Origin: a virus
Length of the DNA: 64,000 nt
Strand: one strand, 5' to 3'
Virus record (IMG/VR): IMGVR_UViG_3300033141_004852
Location: 1 to 64,000 of that record
The notes under the pieces are model-generated. The model was not told the origin of the DNA, made no database searches, and worked only from the letters and a program-made list of their open reading frames with translations. A program made the position numbers and the translations under genes. This document shows positions 11,301 to 19,798 of this stretch, one piece after another. How positions within the stretch are numbered: the first letter of the stretch is position 1; every line of letters starts with the position of its first letter.

Positions 11301-13377
11301 CTGCTTTCTCCTGTGCCTCCACCGCGCGCTCTTGCTTTTGAAGGACACCCCGCAACTCCTGCTCTTTACCCTTGAGTGCCTGAATCTGCGCCTCGCGCAT
11401 CTTGTCCGTCATCTCCCCAATGCGAAGCACAGCCCGCGCTACTACCCGCTCGACTGCTTCCACCCCGGGGACGAAGGAATCCGTGAAAGCCAACGCGCTG
11501 TCCTTCGTGGCCTTCTGCAAGAGAATGAGAATCTGCCGTAGCTCCTCCTGCTTCTTCCCCGTCTTATCCGCGCCTTCCGAGACCTCCTTATACTGGTCGC
11601 GGAGTTCGTAGAGGAGATTTGCTCGACGGCGAAGACCCTCGATCTGAGTTGCGTACGCCTGCGCTTCCCTATCTTTGGCTGCTATCGTCGTCGCTTCAAT
11701 TTCCTGTACAGCCTTCGCCAACCGCTCGGCCTCATACGCAGCGCGATTGAACCAGCGGTCGGCAGTCTTCCAAACCGCCAACGCAATGGCTGCGGCTGCC
11801 AAAGCAACCCCAACTGGGCCCAGAGACAGGTATAGGCTGTGGAGTGCTGCTCGCACCCCCGTGATCGCTACGGTAGTCCCCGCCAAACTTACATTGAGTC
11901 TGGTAGCTACGACTTGCGCCCCTCCAATCGCGAGCATGGCAGCCCGCACGGCAACTGTGAGAGCCCTCGTACGGAACAACATAATCCCCAGAGGGACCGC
12001 CAACGCCGTAGCCTTCACCCCCACTACGTCGATTACCTGCACCAACTTGCGGAGAATCTCCAGCAGTCCCTTCAGGGTCGATTGCGTCTCGGAACTTACC
12101 GCCAACCCCTGCAATGCCGCCTTCAGGCGCCCGTAGCGCACCTGAATCGAATCCAGGAAGATGATGTTCTCCTTCAGCGCCGAGCCCTGACTCTCGTAGG
12201 CGATGGTCGTCGCCTCGATAATCGCCGGGAGGGAATCCAGCAGCGTGCGAAACTCCGTGACCCGACGGACACCGAATGCCTCCGCGATGGCCTGCTTCTG
12301 CACGTCGGTGAGCGTTACCCACTTCGCCGACAGCTGCGTCAGCACAGTCATCAGGTCGAGCATTTCCCCGTGCTGGCGGCGGATGAAAATCCCCACCTTC
12401 TCCAACTCGCGGATGTTCTTCTCCCGGAAGGTATAGGTGAAGAGAGTCCGCAGGGCGGTGCCGATCTGTGCCCCGGAGCGCTTCGTGCGCTCAATCAACA
12501 CCGTCACCATCGCACTGGCTTCCTGAATTGAGAGGCCGGCGTCAGCAGCCGTCCGCCCAAGACGAGCTACACCCTCGGCGATGTCGCGGGTCGTCGCAGC
12601 GTAGCGGTTCGACAACTCGTTCCAGGCATCAAGGGTTGCCATCGCTGTTGAAGCTTGGAGATCGAACTGGTTGAGCGCCGCAGTCAGATACCGAGTAGCA
12701 TCGACGGCGGACATCTCCGCGATGTTCTGCGCCAGGAGGGAGACGGTCGTGAGTTCCACGACCTCCTTAGCCCGATATCCCTGTCGTGCCCAGTCGCGCA
12801 TCCCATCGATCACGGCGGATATACTGGACCCATAGCGCTCGGCCATGTTCACCGCCGCGTCCGCCATCCCCTGAATGTCACCGACGTGGCCTTGATAGAC
12901 CTTCCGCAAACCAGTGAGAGCGAAGTCTACCTCGGTGATAGTCGTGACCGACTGCCGAAGCCCATTCAGCGCCCCATAGACGGCACCTGTAGCGATGGCC
13001 CACGTGGCGATCTTACCGATAGCGTGGTCGATGTCCTTACGGAGGCGTTGGTAGGCGGTAGCGGTGTCGTCGACAGATTTCCGATGTTTGTCCGCCGCAC
13101 GCTGTCCCCGCTCGGCTGCCCGGCGCTGCCGTTCGGCAGCACGCTCCCCCTGTACGGCAGCGCGTTGATACGCCTTCTCAATATCTTGGACTTGAAGCGG
13201 TGCCTGACGAGCCGCGGTCGCAGCCTGTGCTGCAATCCGCCCAGCAAGCCCGGCCGTAGTCTGCTGTACGCGGCGCGCAATTTGCCCCAGAGTCTGCTCC
13301 ACCCGTCGCAGATCCTGGGGACTGAAGCCGATACTCAGGACATAATCGTACTGACCTCCGCCAGCGCCTGCCGACAT
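8353..13377 (-). CDS. Tail tape measure protein (TP901-like N-terminal core)
   Basis: 1674 aa, Ala/Gln/Arg-rich helical; N..SN.YA.T..DIAEG..R.G..A and SG.QIGTALRTLF motifs; follows the chaperone pair. Confidence 0.92.
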   Translation of the reverse strand: MSAGAGGGQYDYVLSIGFSPQDLRRVEQTLGQIARRVQQTTAGLAGRIAAQAATAARQAPLQVQDIEKAYQRAAVQGERAAERQRRAAERGQRAADKHRKSVDDTATAYQRLRKDIDHAIGKIATWAIATGAVYGALNGLRQSVTTITEVDFALTGLRKVYQGHVGDIQGMADAAVNMAERYGSSISAVIDGMRDWARQGYRAKEVVELTTVSLLAQNIAEMSAVDATRYLTAALNQFDLQASTAMATLDAWNELSNRYAATTRDIAEGVARLGRTAADAGLSIQEASAMVTVLIERTKRSGAQIGTALRTLFTYTFREKNIRELEKVGIFIRRQHGEMLDLMTVLTQLSAKWVTLTDVQKQAIAEAFGVRRVTEFRTLLDSLPAIIEATTIAYESQGSALKENIIFLDSIQVRYGRLKAALQGLAVSSETQSTLKGLLEILRKLVQVIDVVGVKATALAVPLGIMLFRTRALTVAVRAAMLAIGGAQVVATRLNVSLAGTTVAITGVRAALHSLYLSLGPVGVALAAAAIALAVWKTADRWFNRAAYEAERLAKAVQEIEATTIAAKDREAQAYATQIEGLRRRANLLYELRDQYKEVSEGADKTGKKQEELRQILILLQKATKDSALAFTDSFVPGVEAVERVVARAVLRIGEMTDKMREAQIQALKGKEQELRGVLQKQERAVEAQEKAVIKRIEDVKRAFTPKSEWSIRQSPLPDTIEKTVRGARDLLDTLEKVGAESYGATQDLAKALGKLDEYAGKTKQVQAEIEMTRLLILELEHEQAGIPEPTEPEPDPLGNLGKRVQTYDRLVRRALNLTRELRQAMEQVDASVLGRWFTRIQQFSQRWEDMADRSREAVEEIDRAMATKGISAATKAALADARARLEQMRTLFKETYPLAYRRQWFYAMQQARGGIAAIEAERTQRLDALRMQMERLRKETADAQTVEYMARVQILETLRIELDYVKKLHDYRQEEMRLEQQIAQAQAGAGWKYAMDQYRFLQQALESAQARLRAEMDIARSIPGVGGQTVWELVQSLRGSSDDWRDIAMRVLDAQKNVVQATQAIKQFRDTVRDLVLDYREFHALQVDDYQTMLKIADEQFREAQRVGDLRAMLTVLREQVSLREQLLRLQHDYNMAMIDFAGNDIIAQAAELRRRYEETGNLAEQLQIWQSLARIRQDYEQWQLKVAGEMRRANLPTEFDRIIDRVQELQRLLQEWPVTTERGRQYFDELRGYAERFLQEWYAGIERMSDAFADAITQAFRGEGDIWQAVHQMFADITKEWVQRIVRENMGTFFEELMAARERAAGRESGKALAAQIGIGQYALPQLEKLPNIAAGFERVQAALADLGPRIAMMDTQIRRELSSRERELVMREKLITALGALTQAFQSAATTFSGGGIVPGVGGAVMVTPPATAGGQITSLPTVVGPLAGLAVQSISRLGRAVAENTIATVQNTAETRKATTAATAEGAPAVGAPATSKRGFFQTKAGKAVISGLGVYSAYQAGDPLTGALAGYSLGTLAGASLGPVGAAVGFFAGLAGKKKQKKDTQQLPPKQYERIWTPPDVMWPVSPLYGALGYAGFARGPYGPAWGAGAEITPYEYTPTTTTWQPMSRWHRFSGEGRTAPVIGSLNIVVQGTGYTHTDARRLSNLVHWELTRRLEVETASGRKIGNVG

Positions 13378-13802
13378 TAGGAGAGCTTCAGCCTCCTCTC
13401 TCGACGCCGGAGATACTCACTCATCCCCGGTACGTCATTGCGCATCAAACACTCACCATAGACTTGTTGTTCCACGCGGTCCCAGAGATCGAAGCGCGGC
13501 TGAATATCCAGCAACGCCGCCCATTCAATCTCATAATAGCCGCATTGTAGCCCTTTCTCCTCCTCGGCACCCTTACTGCGGTTTACCCACAGCATGTAGT
13601 CATTGAAGTAATTCTCGATCACCCATCGAGGTGGTCTTGGGAACTTCATCGATGTTGTCTGACGCAGTGTCTCCGCCACGTCGCTTAGGAACCACGCTCT
13701 CCTGACCAATGCCATCGTCCGCGCGGGCACCTCCGTCAGCGGGTACTGCTCCCACCCGGGGATTTTCCCCTGCTTCCTCGCCAGCGAACAGAGACTCTGC
13801 AC
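13377..13802 (-). CDS. Tail assembly chaperone T-type segment, probably a frameshift extension
   Basis: No RBS before GTG 13802; overlaps the upstream ORF by about 200 nt in the +1 frame; abuts the tape measure start. Confidence 0.65.
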   Translation of the reverse strand: MQSLCSLARKQGKIPGWEQYPLTEVPARTMALVRRAWFLSDVAETLRQTTSMKFPRPPRWVIENYFNDYMLWVNRSKGAEEEKGLQCGYYEIEWAALLDIQPRFDLWDRVEQQVYGECLMRNDVPGMSEYLRRRERRLKLS

Positions 13803-14817
13803 GAAAGGGGTTTTCTGCCGCTTTCTGTACTCGATCTCGCATTTCCTGTGAGATCAACCCGGCGAAGCCCGCCACACTGCGGGCAACGCGAATCAGTAGC
13901 GCCTCGTCGCCGCGGAACTTCGCAAGCATGGCATCCCATGCCTTCTGTGGGTCGCGTAGAGCATCCACTACGTTGTGGATACCGGCGTCGCTCAAGTCGA
14001 AGAAGTAGCGGCTCCGGTCGTTGAGGTCGCGGGCTGCTGCATAGAGGATCAGCGCCAGAGCACGGTCGGACCCGATAGTGATAGCGGGTTCCATCGCCCC
14101 CGCGAAGCGGAGACGCTTCCACAGGAGCTCCTCATCGATTTCCCGCAACTGCAACCGCCGAGCGTTGAGTTCCCTGCGCATGACCTCCTCCGAGCGCTTC
14201 CGCAACGCTTCGGGGTCGAGTTCCTCCGCCGGTGTCGTCTGACCAATGTCCGCGATGAGCATCTGCTGCGCCGTCTCGCGAATCGCCTGCGTCTCCGTCT
14301 GCAAGAGCATCTCCACCAACAGGAGCCGCAGGATTTCCTTCCGCAAACGCTCGTCGGCCCAATCGTCCGGGTAGCCTTCCGGGAATGGTAGTTTCTCCGG
14401 CGCGTCCTCATTGTCATCCAGTACCTCGGGGGTAGCCAAGTGCCAGAGTCTCTCGAACGCGGTCTTTAGCTCCAACCGCGCATAGAGTTCATAAGACGCC
14501 TCTATCTCGCGGAAATCATCCTCCATCGGGATCCGGCGCCGCCCATCCTCCGCCTCCTGGAGGAACTGGGTACGGAGATTACGAATCAGGACTCTCCGCG
14601 TGGCATCGAGGGCGCTCGTTACCGTCTCCGGCAACGCGACCAGACGCAGGCGCAAAACCTGCTTCGGTCCCAGGGGGATCTCCTCGATGATGTCCGAGAA
14701 AGAGGGATCGAAAGCCTCGATAGTGGTCAAGGCTGTTGCCTGCGCCTCCGTAGCACCATTTGTGTATGGGGTGTTGGGGACCTTCCCCGCACGCGGGTCT
14801 TCTCCCTGAGTAGCCAT
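13600..14817 (-). CDS. Tail assembly chaperone G-type
   Basis: ATG 14817 with AAGGAGG; lies between the tail tube and tape measure genes. Confidence 0.7.
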   Translation of the reverse strand: MATQGEDPRAGKVPNTPYTNGATEAQATALTTIEAFDPSFSDIIEEIPLGPKQVLRLRLVALPETVTSALDATRRVLIRNLRTQFLQEAEDGRRRIPMEDDFREIEASYELYARLELKTAFERLWHLATPEVLDDNEDAPEKLPFPEGYPDDWADERLRKEILRLLLVEMLLQTETQAIRETAQQMLIADIGQTTPAEELDPEALRKRSEEVMRRELNARRLQLREIDEELLWKRLRFAGAMEPAITIGSDRALALILYAAARDLNDRSRYFFDLSDAGIHNVVDALRDPQKAWDAMLAKFRGDEALLIRVARSVAGFAGLISQEMRDRVQKAAENPFRAESLFAGEEAGENPRVGAVPADGGARADDGIGQESVVPKRRGGDTASDNIDEVPKTTSMGDRELLQ

Positions 14818-14836
14818 TATGGGCCTCCTTCTTATG

Positions 14837-14874
14837 GGTCTAGGGGACAACACCGGAATGCTGCCCCCTAGACC
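14837..14874 (-). promoter_or_regulatory. 16-bp RNA hairpin upstream of the chaperone RBS
   Basis: GGTCTAGGGGGCAGCA-TTCCGG-TGTTGTCCCCTAGACC pairs fully on the minus strand using G-U pairs; no 3' U tract. Confidence 0.6.
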
Positions 14875-14900
14875 AAAATCTCAGTGTAGCCGGGGGAACT

Positions 14901-15713
14901 TTAGTCCGCCGGATAACGTGCGTCGTGAGTCTGCAAGCTGCTGGAATTGTGGGCGAAGATCACCCAGGCATCGACGGTGCCACTGAAGCCAGCATCCTGC
15001 ACGTCCTGATCTGCGATCGAGATCAGACCGCCGCTGCCCGATGACTGCACGTTGGTATCATCTACCTCCACCGCCGCCGTCTCGCGGTCGCGGCCGGTGC
15101 CGTTCTGAATCTCCAGGTAGACCGCGCGTACATCGGAGAGGTCGGCCAACGCCAACGGGACCGGATCGTCCCACGTGCCTTCCCAACGCCCAGTAGCGCC
15201 ATTGCTCGACAGAGATGCCACGCGCTTGGACATGAACTGCGCGCCCCTCAAACACTCCATCGGGACGTCAGCCTGTCCGGCGAGTGTTCGCACCGCCTCG
15301 GCCCCAGGATCGCCCTTGGCGCCGCTGAGCGTTGCCGCCCAGTAGCCCAAGTACGTACTCCCGTTTGCATACCCAGTCAATGCCGGGTTGAGTGTCTCCA
15401 CCACAGCGAACAGGTAGGGGACGGACGTGCCCGCTCGCGCGATGACGGGCGCCTCCGCATTACGGGTGGTGAACCCAGACAGCAGCTCGTTCACGAGCGA
15501 AATGTTCGGGTTCTCGATGATGTCCACCGACTGCGGGCCCGGTCCGTATGCAACGATCTGGACGCCGGATGGATCACCGTAGACCTCGCGGGTGACCTCC
15601 TTTCGAGTCGGCTCGAAATCCAAGCCTCCCGCAGCGTTGCCAACGAGGACGCCGTTCACCCACAGACGCTTCTGCTTGGTGAACATTCCCCCCGCTCTTG
15701 TTACCAGAGACAA
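14901..15713 (-). CDS. Major tail (tube) protein
   Basis: 270 aa, strong AAAGGAGGTGAT RBS, beta-rich, upstream of the chaperones. Confidence 0.7.
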   Translation of the reverse strand: MSLVTRAGGMFTKQKRLWVNGVLVGNAAGGLDFEPTRKEVTREVYGDPSGVQIVAYGPGPQSVDIIENPNISLVNELLSGFTTRNAEAPVIARAGTSVPYLFAVVETLNPALTGYANGSTYLGYWAATLSGAKGDPGAEAVRTLAGQADVPMECLRGAQFMSKRVASLSSNGATGRWEGTWDDPVPLALADLSDVRAVYLEIQNGTGRDRETAAVEVDDTNVQSSGSGGLISIADQDVQDAGFSGTVDAWVIFAHNSSSLQTHDARYPAD

Positions 15714-15737
15714 AAGACATCACCTCCTTTCAGTATA

Positions 15738-16487
15738 TTATTCCGTAGGTTGACGCAGCCGTGGTACATCCCGCAACGACAGCCTGGGGTCGTTGTAGGG
15801 GTGTTTCCAAGCGGCTGCTCGGATTTCCTCGGGGTGCCAGTGGGGCTGACACCCCCATTTGGTGATGTAAAACGACCGATTGGCCTGGAAAGCCTTGGGG
15901 GGCACTACCTGCTCCCGTCCCATATCGGCAGGTGGGTGGAACTGGGTCTGGCCTCCCAGGTGGTACATCGGCGCCGCTGTCGTCAGCAGCATCTCACCCC
16001 CGGAGAGCACCACGCGGGTGTAGTAGTCATTGTCCTCGAAGTACCCGGGGAAGAAGTTCTCGTCAAACTCCCCCACGAGCTCCCACGTGCGCTTAGGCAG
16101 GATGAAGAAGGACATATCAGGCTCGCGATCCCGTACCTCGTAGGGTGGGCGGATGTCGGAGCAGAGAAACGACGGGATCGAAATCCCTGTGTCGCGGACA
16201 TTGTACGCCGTCGCCACCAAGGGTCTGCGCTCACGCCAGAATGCCACGAGGCGGTCGATGGTCTCCTCGTGGCAGAGTACGTCATCATTGGCAACGATTA
16301 CCGCATCCACCCCCGCGGCGAACATCGCGCGGCATCCAAGATTCCAACTGGCGGCGATTGACCGCCGCGCCCGCGAGTTGTCGACAACGAAGATACGGAG
16401 GCGGTGGTGCTTACTCGTCCAGGTACTCAATGACTGCGCGAAGCCAGACCAATTGTTCAGCACGGGTACGACGATGCCGATGTTCAC
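15738..16487 (-). CDS. Glycosyltransferase family 2
   Basis: IGIVVPVLN, VVDN, ASWNLG, ANDD and FDENFFPGYFEDNDY motifs; GTG start overlaps the upstream TGA. Confidence 0.9.
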   Translation of the reverse strand: MNIGIVVPVLNNWSGFAQSLSTWTSKHHRLRIFVVDNSRARRSIAASWNLGCRAMFAAGVDAVIVANDDVLCHEETIDRLVAFWRERRPLVATAYNVRDTGISIPSFLCSDIRPPYEVRDREPDMSFFILPKRTWELVGEFDENFFPGYFEDNDYYTRVVLSGGEMLLTTAAPMYHLGGQTQFHPPADMGREQVVPPKAFQANRSFYITKWGCQPHWHPEEIRAAAWKHPYNDPRLSLRDVPRLRQPTE

Positions 16488-16906
16488 GATGGCTTCTCCT
16501 CTACAGGTTTTCGCTCGCGGAGCCACGCGACGAGGAAACTTAGTGCTGCATTGAAATCGGGGAGGACGGCGGCACAATGGGATGTTATCCAGCCTCCCGT
16601 GGGCGTTGTCTGCGTCACCCCCACGACGCCTTTCTCCAGAAAGTACCCCCACATCATGTGGGTCAGCGACTCAGCAGCTCCATTATCCAAGTCAACGAGG
16701 AGCACATCGCACTCCGCGATTTCCCGCTTGTCGAGCTGGACCGCCGCCGCTGGATGACGGGTGTAGAAATCACGACTGGGAAGATAGTCGGCGGATGTGA
16801 CGACGGTAGGGTCCACCCCGGCGGCGCGGAGGGCGCTCTCGACCCGCACCGCCACGGCGTCCTCCTCGGGGAATCCCGACAACAATACGCGAATAGGCTG
16901 ACTCAT
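16484..16906 (-). CDS. Nucleoside 2-deoxyribosyltransferase-like protein, catalytic Glu apparently missing
   Basis: DKREIAECDVLLV..THMMWGY..K.VV resembles the NDT pattern D..I..D...T.ME.GY..K with Glu replaced by Met. Confidence 0.6.
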   Translation of the reverse strand: MSQPIRVLLSGFPEEDAVAVRVESALRAAGVDPTVVTSADYLPSRDFYTRHPAAAVQLDKREIAECDVLLVDLDNGAAESLTHMMWGYFLEKGVVGVTQTTPTGGWITSHCAAVLPDFNAALSFLVAWLRERKPVEEKPS

Positions 16907-18433
16907 CTATCTGCTCCTCCCTCTCTCGGTTACGCGGCGCATCGCGTCGAGCATCGCGGCGGCGTCTGGCAATTTGGTGAGTGCGACGTCGTTGTAGGGC
17001 CGAATCCTCGGAGCAATCTGTGCAGAGGAAGACTCCCCCGTGGAGCCGCCCAGCCCGCACTCTCCCACAGTCTTCGCATTCCCCGATTTGCATCGTTCCT
17101 CCTTTGCTCGCGCGGCGGTAAGAATAAGATCAACCCAGTCGTCGGCGATGGTGTCCCAATCCCAATGTTTCCGCGCATACTGAACTCCACAACGACCTAA
17201 GCGGACACGCCACTCGGGATCCTGGTACAACCGCTCCAGCTTCTGGAGTAGTTGCCGCCGGTCTCCCCGAGGGCGCTCAATGCAATTTCGCACCCCCGTC
17301 ACGCCAAATTGCGGCCGGCACCGCAACCACGGGTGCGAGAAATAGTCGGTGATGCCCGCGTAGTCCACCGCGAGAGCGGGAATCCCCGCAGATTGCGCCT
17401 CCAGATGCGGGAGCCCACACCCCTCCCCATGATGCCAGAGTACGTGAACATCCAATGCCGCGTAGTAGTGATTGAGGATCTCGTGGGGGATCGTCTTCCC
17501 GGATTCCAAATCGGGGAAGCGGATCACGCGCTCGATTGGCATGTGAAGCGGCAGCAACCGCTCCAGATCCCACCCGTCCAACTTCCCGGGGTAGAAGCGC
17601 GTCCAGGGGAAGAAGTACACATCTTCGTGGCGACGCATAAACTCCCCCACCGCGCGGGCGATACCGGGCCAGTCCTTCCGCGATTGGTTCGTCGCCACCA
17701 TCCCGATGACGAACCCCTTCTGTACCTTCTCCGGGAAGCCAAAGGACTTCCGCGCATGTGCCTGCGGATATGGGTGGAAGACGCGGAAGTCCACGCCGTG
17801 GGGAATCACGCGGGTCCTCGCGAGGGCGTCATCCCGCACATCCTCGGGGAGACACCCTGCATAGAGGTCTCGCGCCCATTTCCCGTAGAGGACAGTCCAA
17901 TGCTGGCGGTACATCAACTCCTGCCAACTCAGGCGGTGGAGTTTCCCCTCCTCGTCCTTGATAATCTGGTGGGGGAGGGTGCCGTCTGCGACCATGCCGT
18001 CGATGGGTTGGTAGTAGATGAACTGCGGGCCCAGGCTATCCTGGAACGCACGGGAGCGCACGAGCCATGCCGTCATCCACAAGTCAGCGTTGGTAATCAC
18101 CACATCAAATTGGAACCGGCGAATCCAATCGTGGAGACAGTCTTGTCCCCAGGGGTCTTCGCCCACGACCTCGTAAGATGGGATACCCCCCGGGTGGCTG
18201 AAGTCGATGTCCCACGTGTGCTTTGCCACCGTGATCTCATTCAACCACCGAAGTTTCTCCGCGCTATCAGGCATCGTCGCCGCAGCCTGCACCGGATGGA
18301 AGCCGATAGCCAGCTGCCGGATCTCGAATCTACCCGTCCTCGCCAAACGAGAAAGAAGATTTCGTGCTACGGTGGCAAAACCCGTCCCGAGTGCGTACCA
18401 ATCTCCGACGTACCCTACGCGAATGGGTGTCAT
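16907..18433 (-). CDS. Glycosyltransferase family 4 (GT-B)
   Basis: TGFATVARNL, IPHGVD, NQSRKD and EGCGLPHLEAQSAGIP (EX7E) motifs; ATGA overlap with the upstream gene. Confidence 0.92.
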   Translation of the reverse strand: MTPIRVGYVGDWYALGTGFATVARNLLSRLARTGRFEIRQLAIGFHPVQAAATMPDSAEKLRWLNEITVAKHTWDIDFSHPGGIPSYEVVGEDPWGQDCLHDWIRRFQFDVVITNADLWMTAWLVRSRAFQDSLGPQFIYYQPIDGMVADGTLPHQIIKDEEGKLHRLSWQELMYRQHWTVLYGKWARDLYAGCLPEDVRDDALARTRVIPHGVDFRVFHPYPQAHARKSFGFPEKVQKGFVIGMVATNQSRKDWPGIARAVGEFMRRHEDVYFFPWTRFYPGKLDGWDLERLLPLHMPIERVIRFPDLESGKTIPHEILNHYYAALDVHVLWHHGEGCGLPHLEAQSAGIPALAVDYAGITDYFSHPWLRCRPQFGVTGVRNCIERPRGDRRQLLQKLERLYQDPEWRVRLGRCGVQYARKHWDWDTIADDWVDLILTAARAKEERCKSGNAKTVGECGLGGSTGESSSAQIAPRIRPYNDVALTKLPDAAAMLDAMRRVTERGRSR

Positions 18434-19020
18434 GTTGACTTCTCCGCTTTCCAGGTTTCGAGGCTGAAGTTGACAACTATCCAATCTTCTGTCCCCCGCG
18501 CCGCTGATACCTCCACGTGGGGGACGACGATGACATCGCTAATGTATGCCTGTGCGATAACGTCCTCGCCGCGGCTCACCGGCGGGTCCCCGGACACAGA
18601 GTACCAGAAGTAGATGGGAAGCGCGCCCTTGGAGGTGAGAAACGCCGTCAACCAATCCTGAATACGTTGACGCGTGAGGAGATTCTGCTCCCCCATCTTG
18701 ACGTTGATCTCCCAGAAACTCTGCTCCTTCGTAGCACCGCCGTACAACGTGTCGACGGCTGGCATCGCCTGGCGGGGGAACCAAGTGAGATAGGGCACCT
18801 TCGTCGCATCGTCCCGCAAATCAATTGTGGGGAGCTCCCGCAGAGTAGTATACGCAGGCCGCACGAGGATGCCCGGCATTACCTCGTCGAGCGTCACATA
18901 CTCGATCTCTCCCGTCGTGCGGTTGTATACGGGGGCAGTCTCCGTCTGGAGAGCATAGCCCAGGCTCTGATTGATGTCCTCCGTGAGCCCCACATTGTCC
19001 TCGGCACCAGTAGCAGCCAT
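18430..19020 (-). CDS. Putative tail terminator protein
   Basis: Position and size; ATG with GGAGGT. Confidence 0.5.
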   Translation of the reverse strand: MAATGAEDNVGLTEDINQSLGYALQTETAPVYNRTTGEIEYVTLDEVMPGILVRPAYTTLRELPTIDLRDDATKVPYLTWFPRQAMPAVDTLYGGATKEQSFWEINVKMGEQNLLTRQRIQDWLTAFLTSKGALPIYFWYSVSGDPPVSRGEDVIAQAYISDVIVVPHVEVSAARGTEDWIVVNFSLETWKAEKST

Positions 19021-19021
19021 G

Positions 19022-19795
19022 CTAAGATAGACCTCCCACAATTTCGAGGGCTTGTCCGAACAACTCCGGCCCCAGTGTTTGCACCATCATCTGCGACCGC
19101 CGGAAGGGAGCGGCACCCCACGGCTCTACGGAGATAAGCCCCACGGTATTCATTCCCAGGAAACGGCGCCGACGCGGCCACATTCCCGCACTCACCGCCA
19201 GCCCCGGGTTCCTCCCCCCAACACGCTGAAGTGCCCCCTGATCGCGGAAGGCACCAGGGTGGCGGACACGCTGTGCAAATGTCAACTGGTAATCCTTACG
19301 GAACCACACAAAGCGCATCCACTGACGGTCCGGTCGGGGACCATACTCGTGAGGGGATGTTCCGTACTCTACCATTCTCCAGATAGGGGGACCGTCCTGG
19401 CGAATCAACTCATCTTGGTAGCGGGGGCTGTCGCTCCCCCACCCGCGGCGGTAGTACATCGGGAGCAGCCGATCCAGTACCGCGCGGTTACCATAGAGGG
19501 CACGCCAGACCCTACCTGTATTGGAAATCCGCCCCATCTCCGGGAGCATCAGCACGTCGGCAAAGTACATCCGGTCGCTTTCAGTCGGATGCCCCGTAGG
19601 CGGCCAGCGAAAACCTCCCGCTACTGACTTAGCGCGGGCAGCCGTCCAACATCCGGGGACACCTCGGCCAGGAGTTGGATCTCGGTACATCCCCAACGCC
19701 AAACTCGCCGCCGCCCGCGCTGCCACCCGCAGGCGGTCACGCACCCGATTGAAACGATCACGACCGTGGCGGGTAAATTGTACCAGCGGCGGCAT
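19022..19795 (-). CDS. HK97 gp10-like tail completion protein
   Basis: Basic; VEYGTSPH...RFVW...FAQRVRHPG motif. Confidence 0.65.
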   Translation of the reverse strand: MPPLVQFTRHGRDRFNRVRDRLRVAARAAASLALGMYRDPTPGRGVPGCWTAARAKSVAGGFRWPPTGHPTESDRMYFADVLMLPEMGRISNTGRVWRALYGNRAVLDRLLPMYYRRGWGSDSPRYQDELIRQDGPPIWRMVEYGTSPHEYGPRPDRQWMRFVWFRKDYQLTFAQRVRHPGAFRDQGALQRVGGRNPGLAVSAGMWPRRRRFLGMNTVGLISVEPWGAAPFRRSQMMVQTLGPELFGQALEIVGGLS

Positions 19796-19798
19796 CTA

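Noticed and set aside
13760-13780. GGGGAAAAT as a canonical -1 slippery site for the tail chaperone
   Set aside because: It is not in X_XXY_YYZ register for the G frame, and the downstream ORF is in the +1 frame
14901-19795. Contractile (myovirus) tail
   Set aside because: No sheath or baseplate wedge genes; the long tape measure and chaperone pair fit a non-contractile tail
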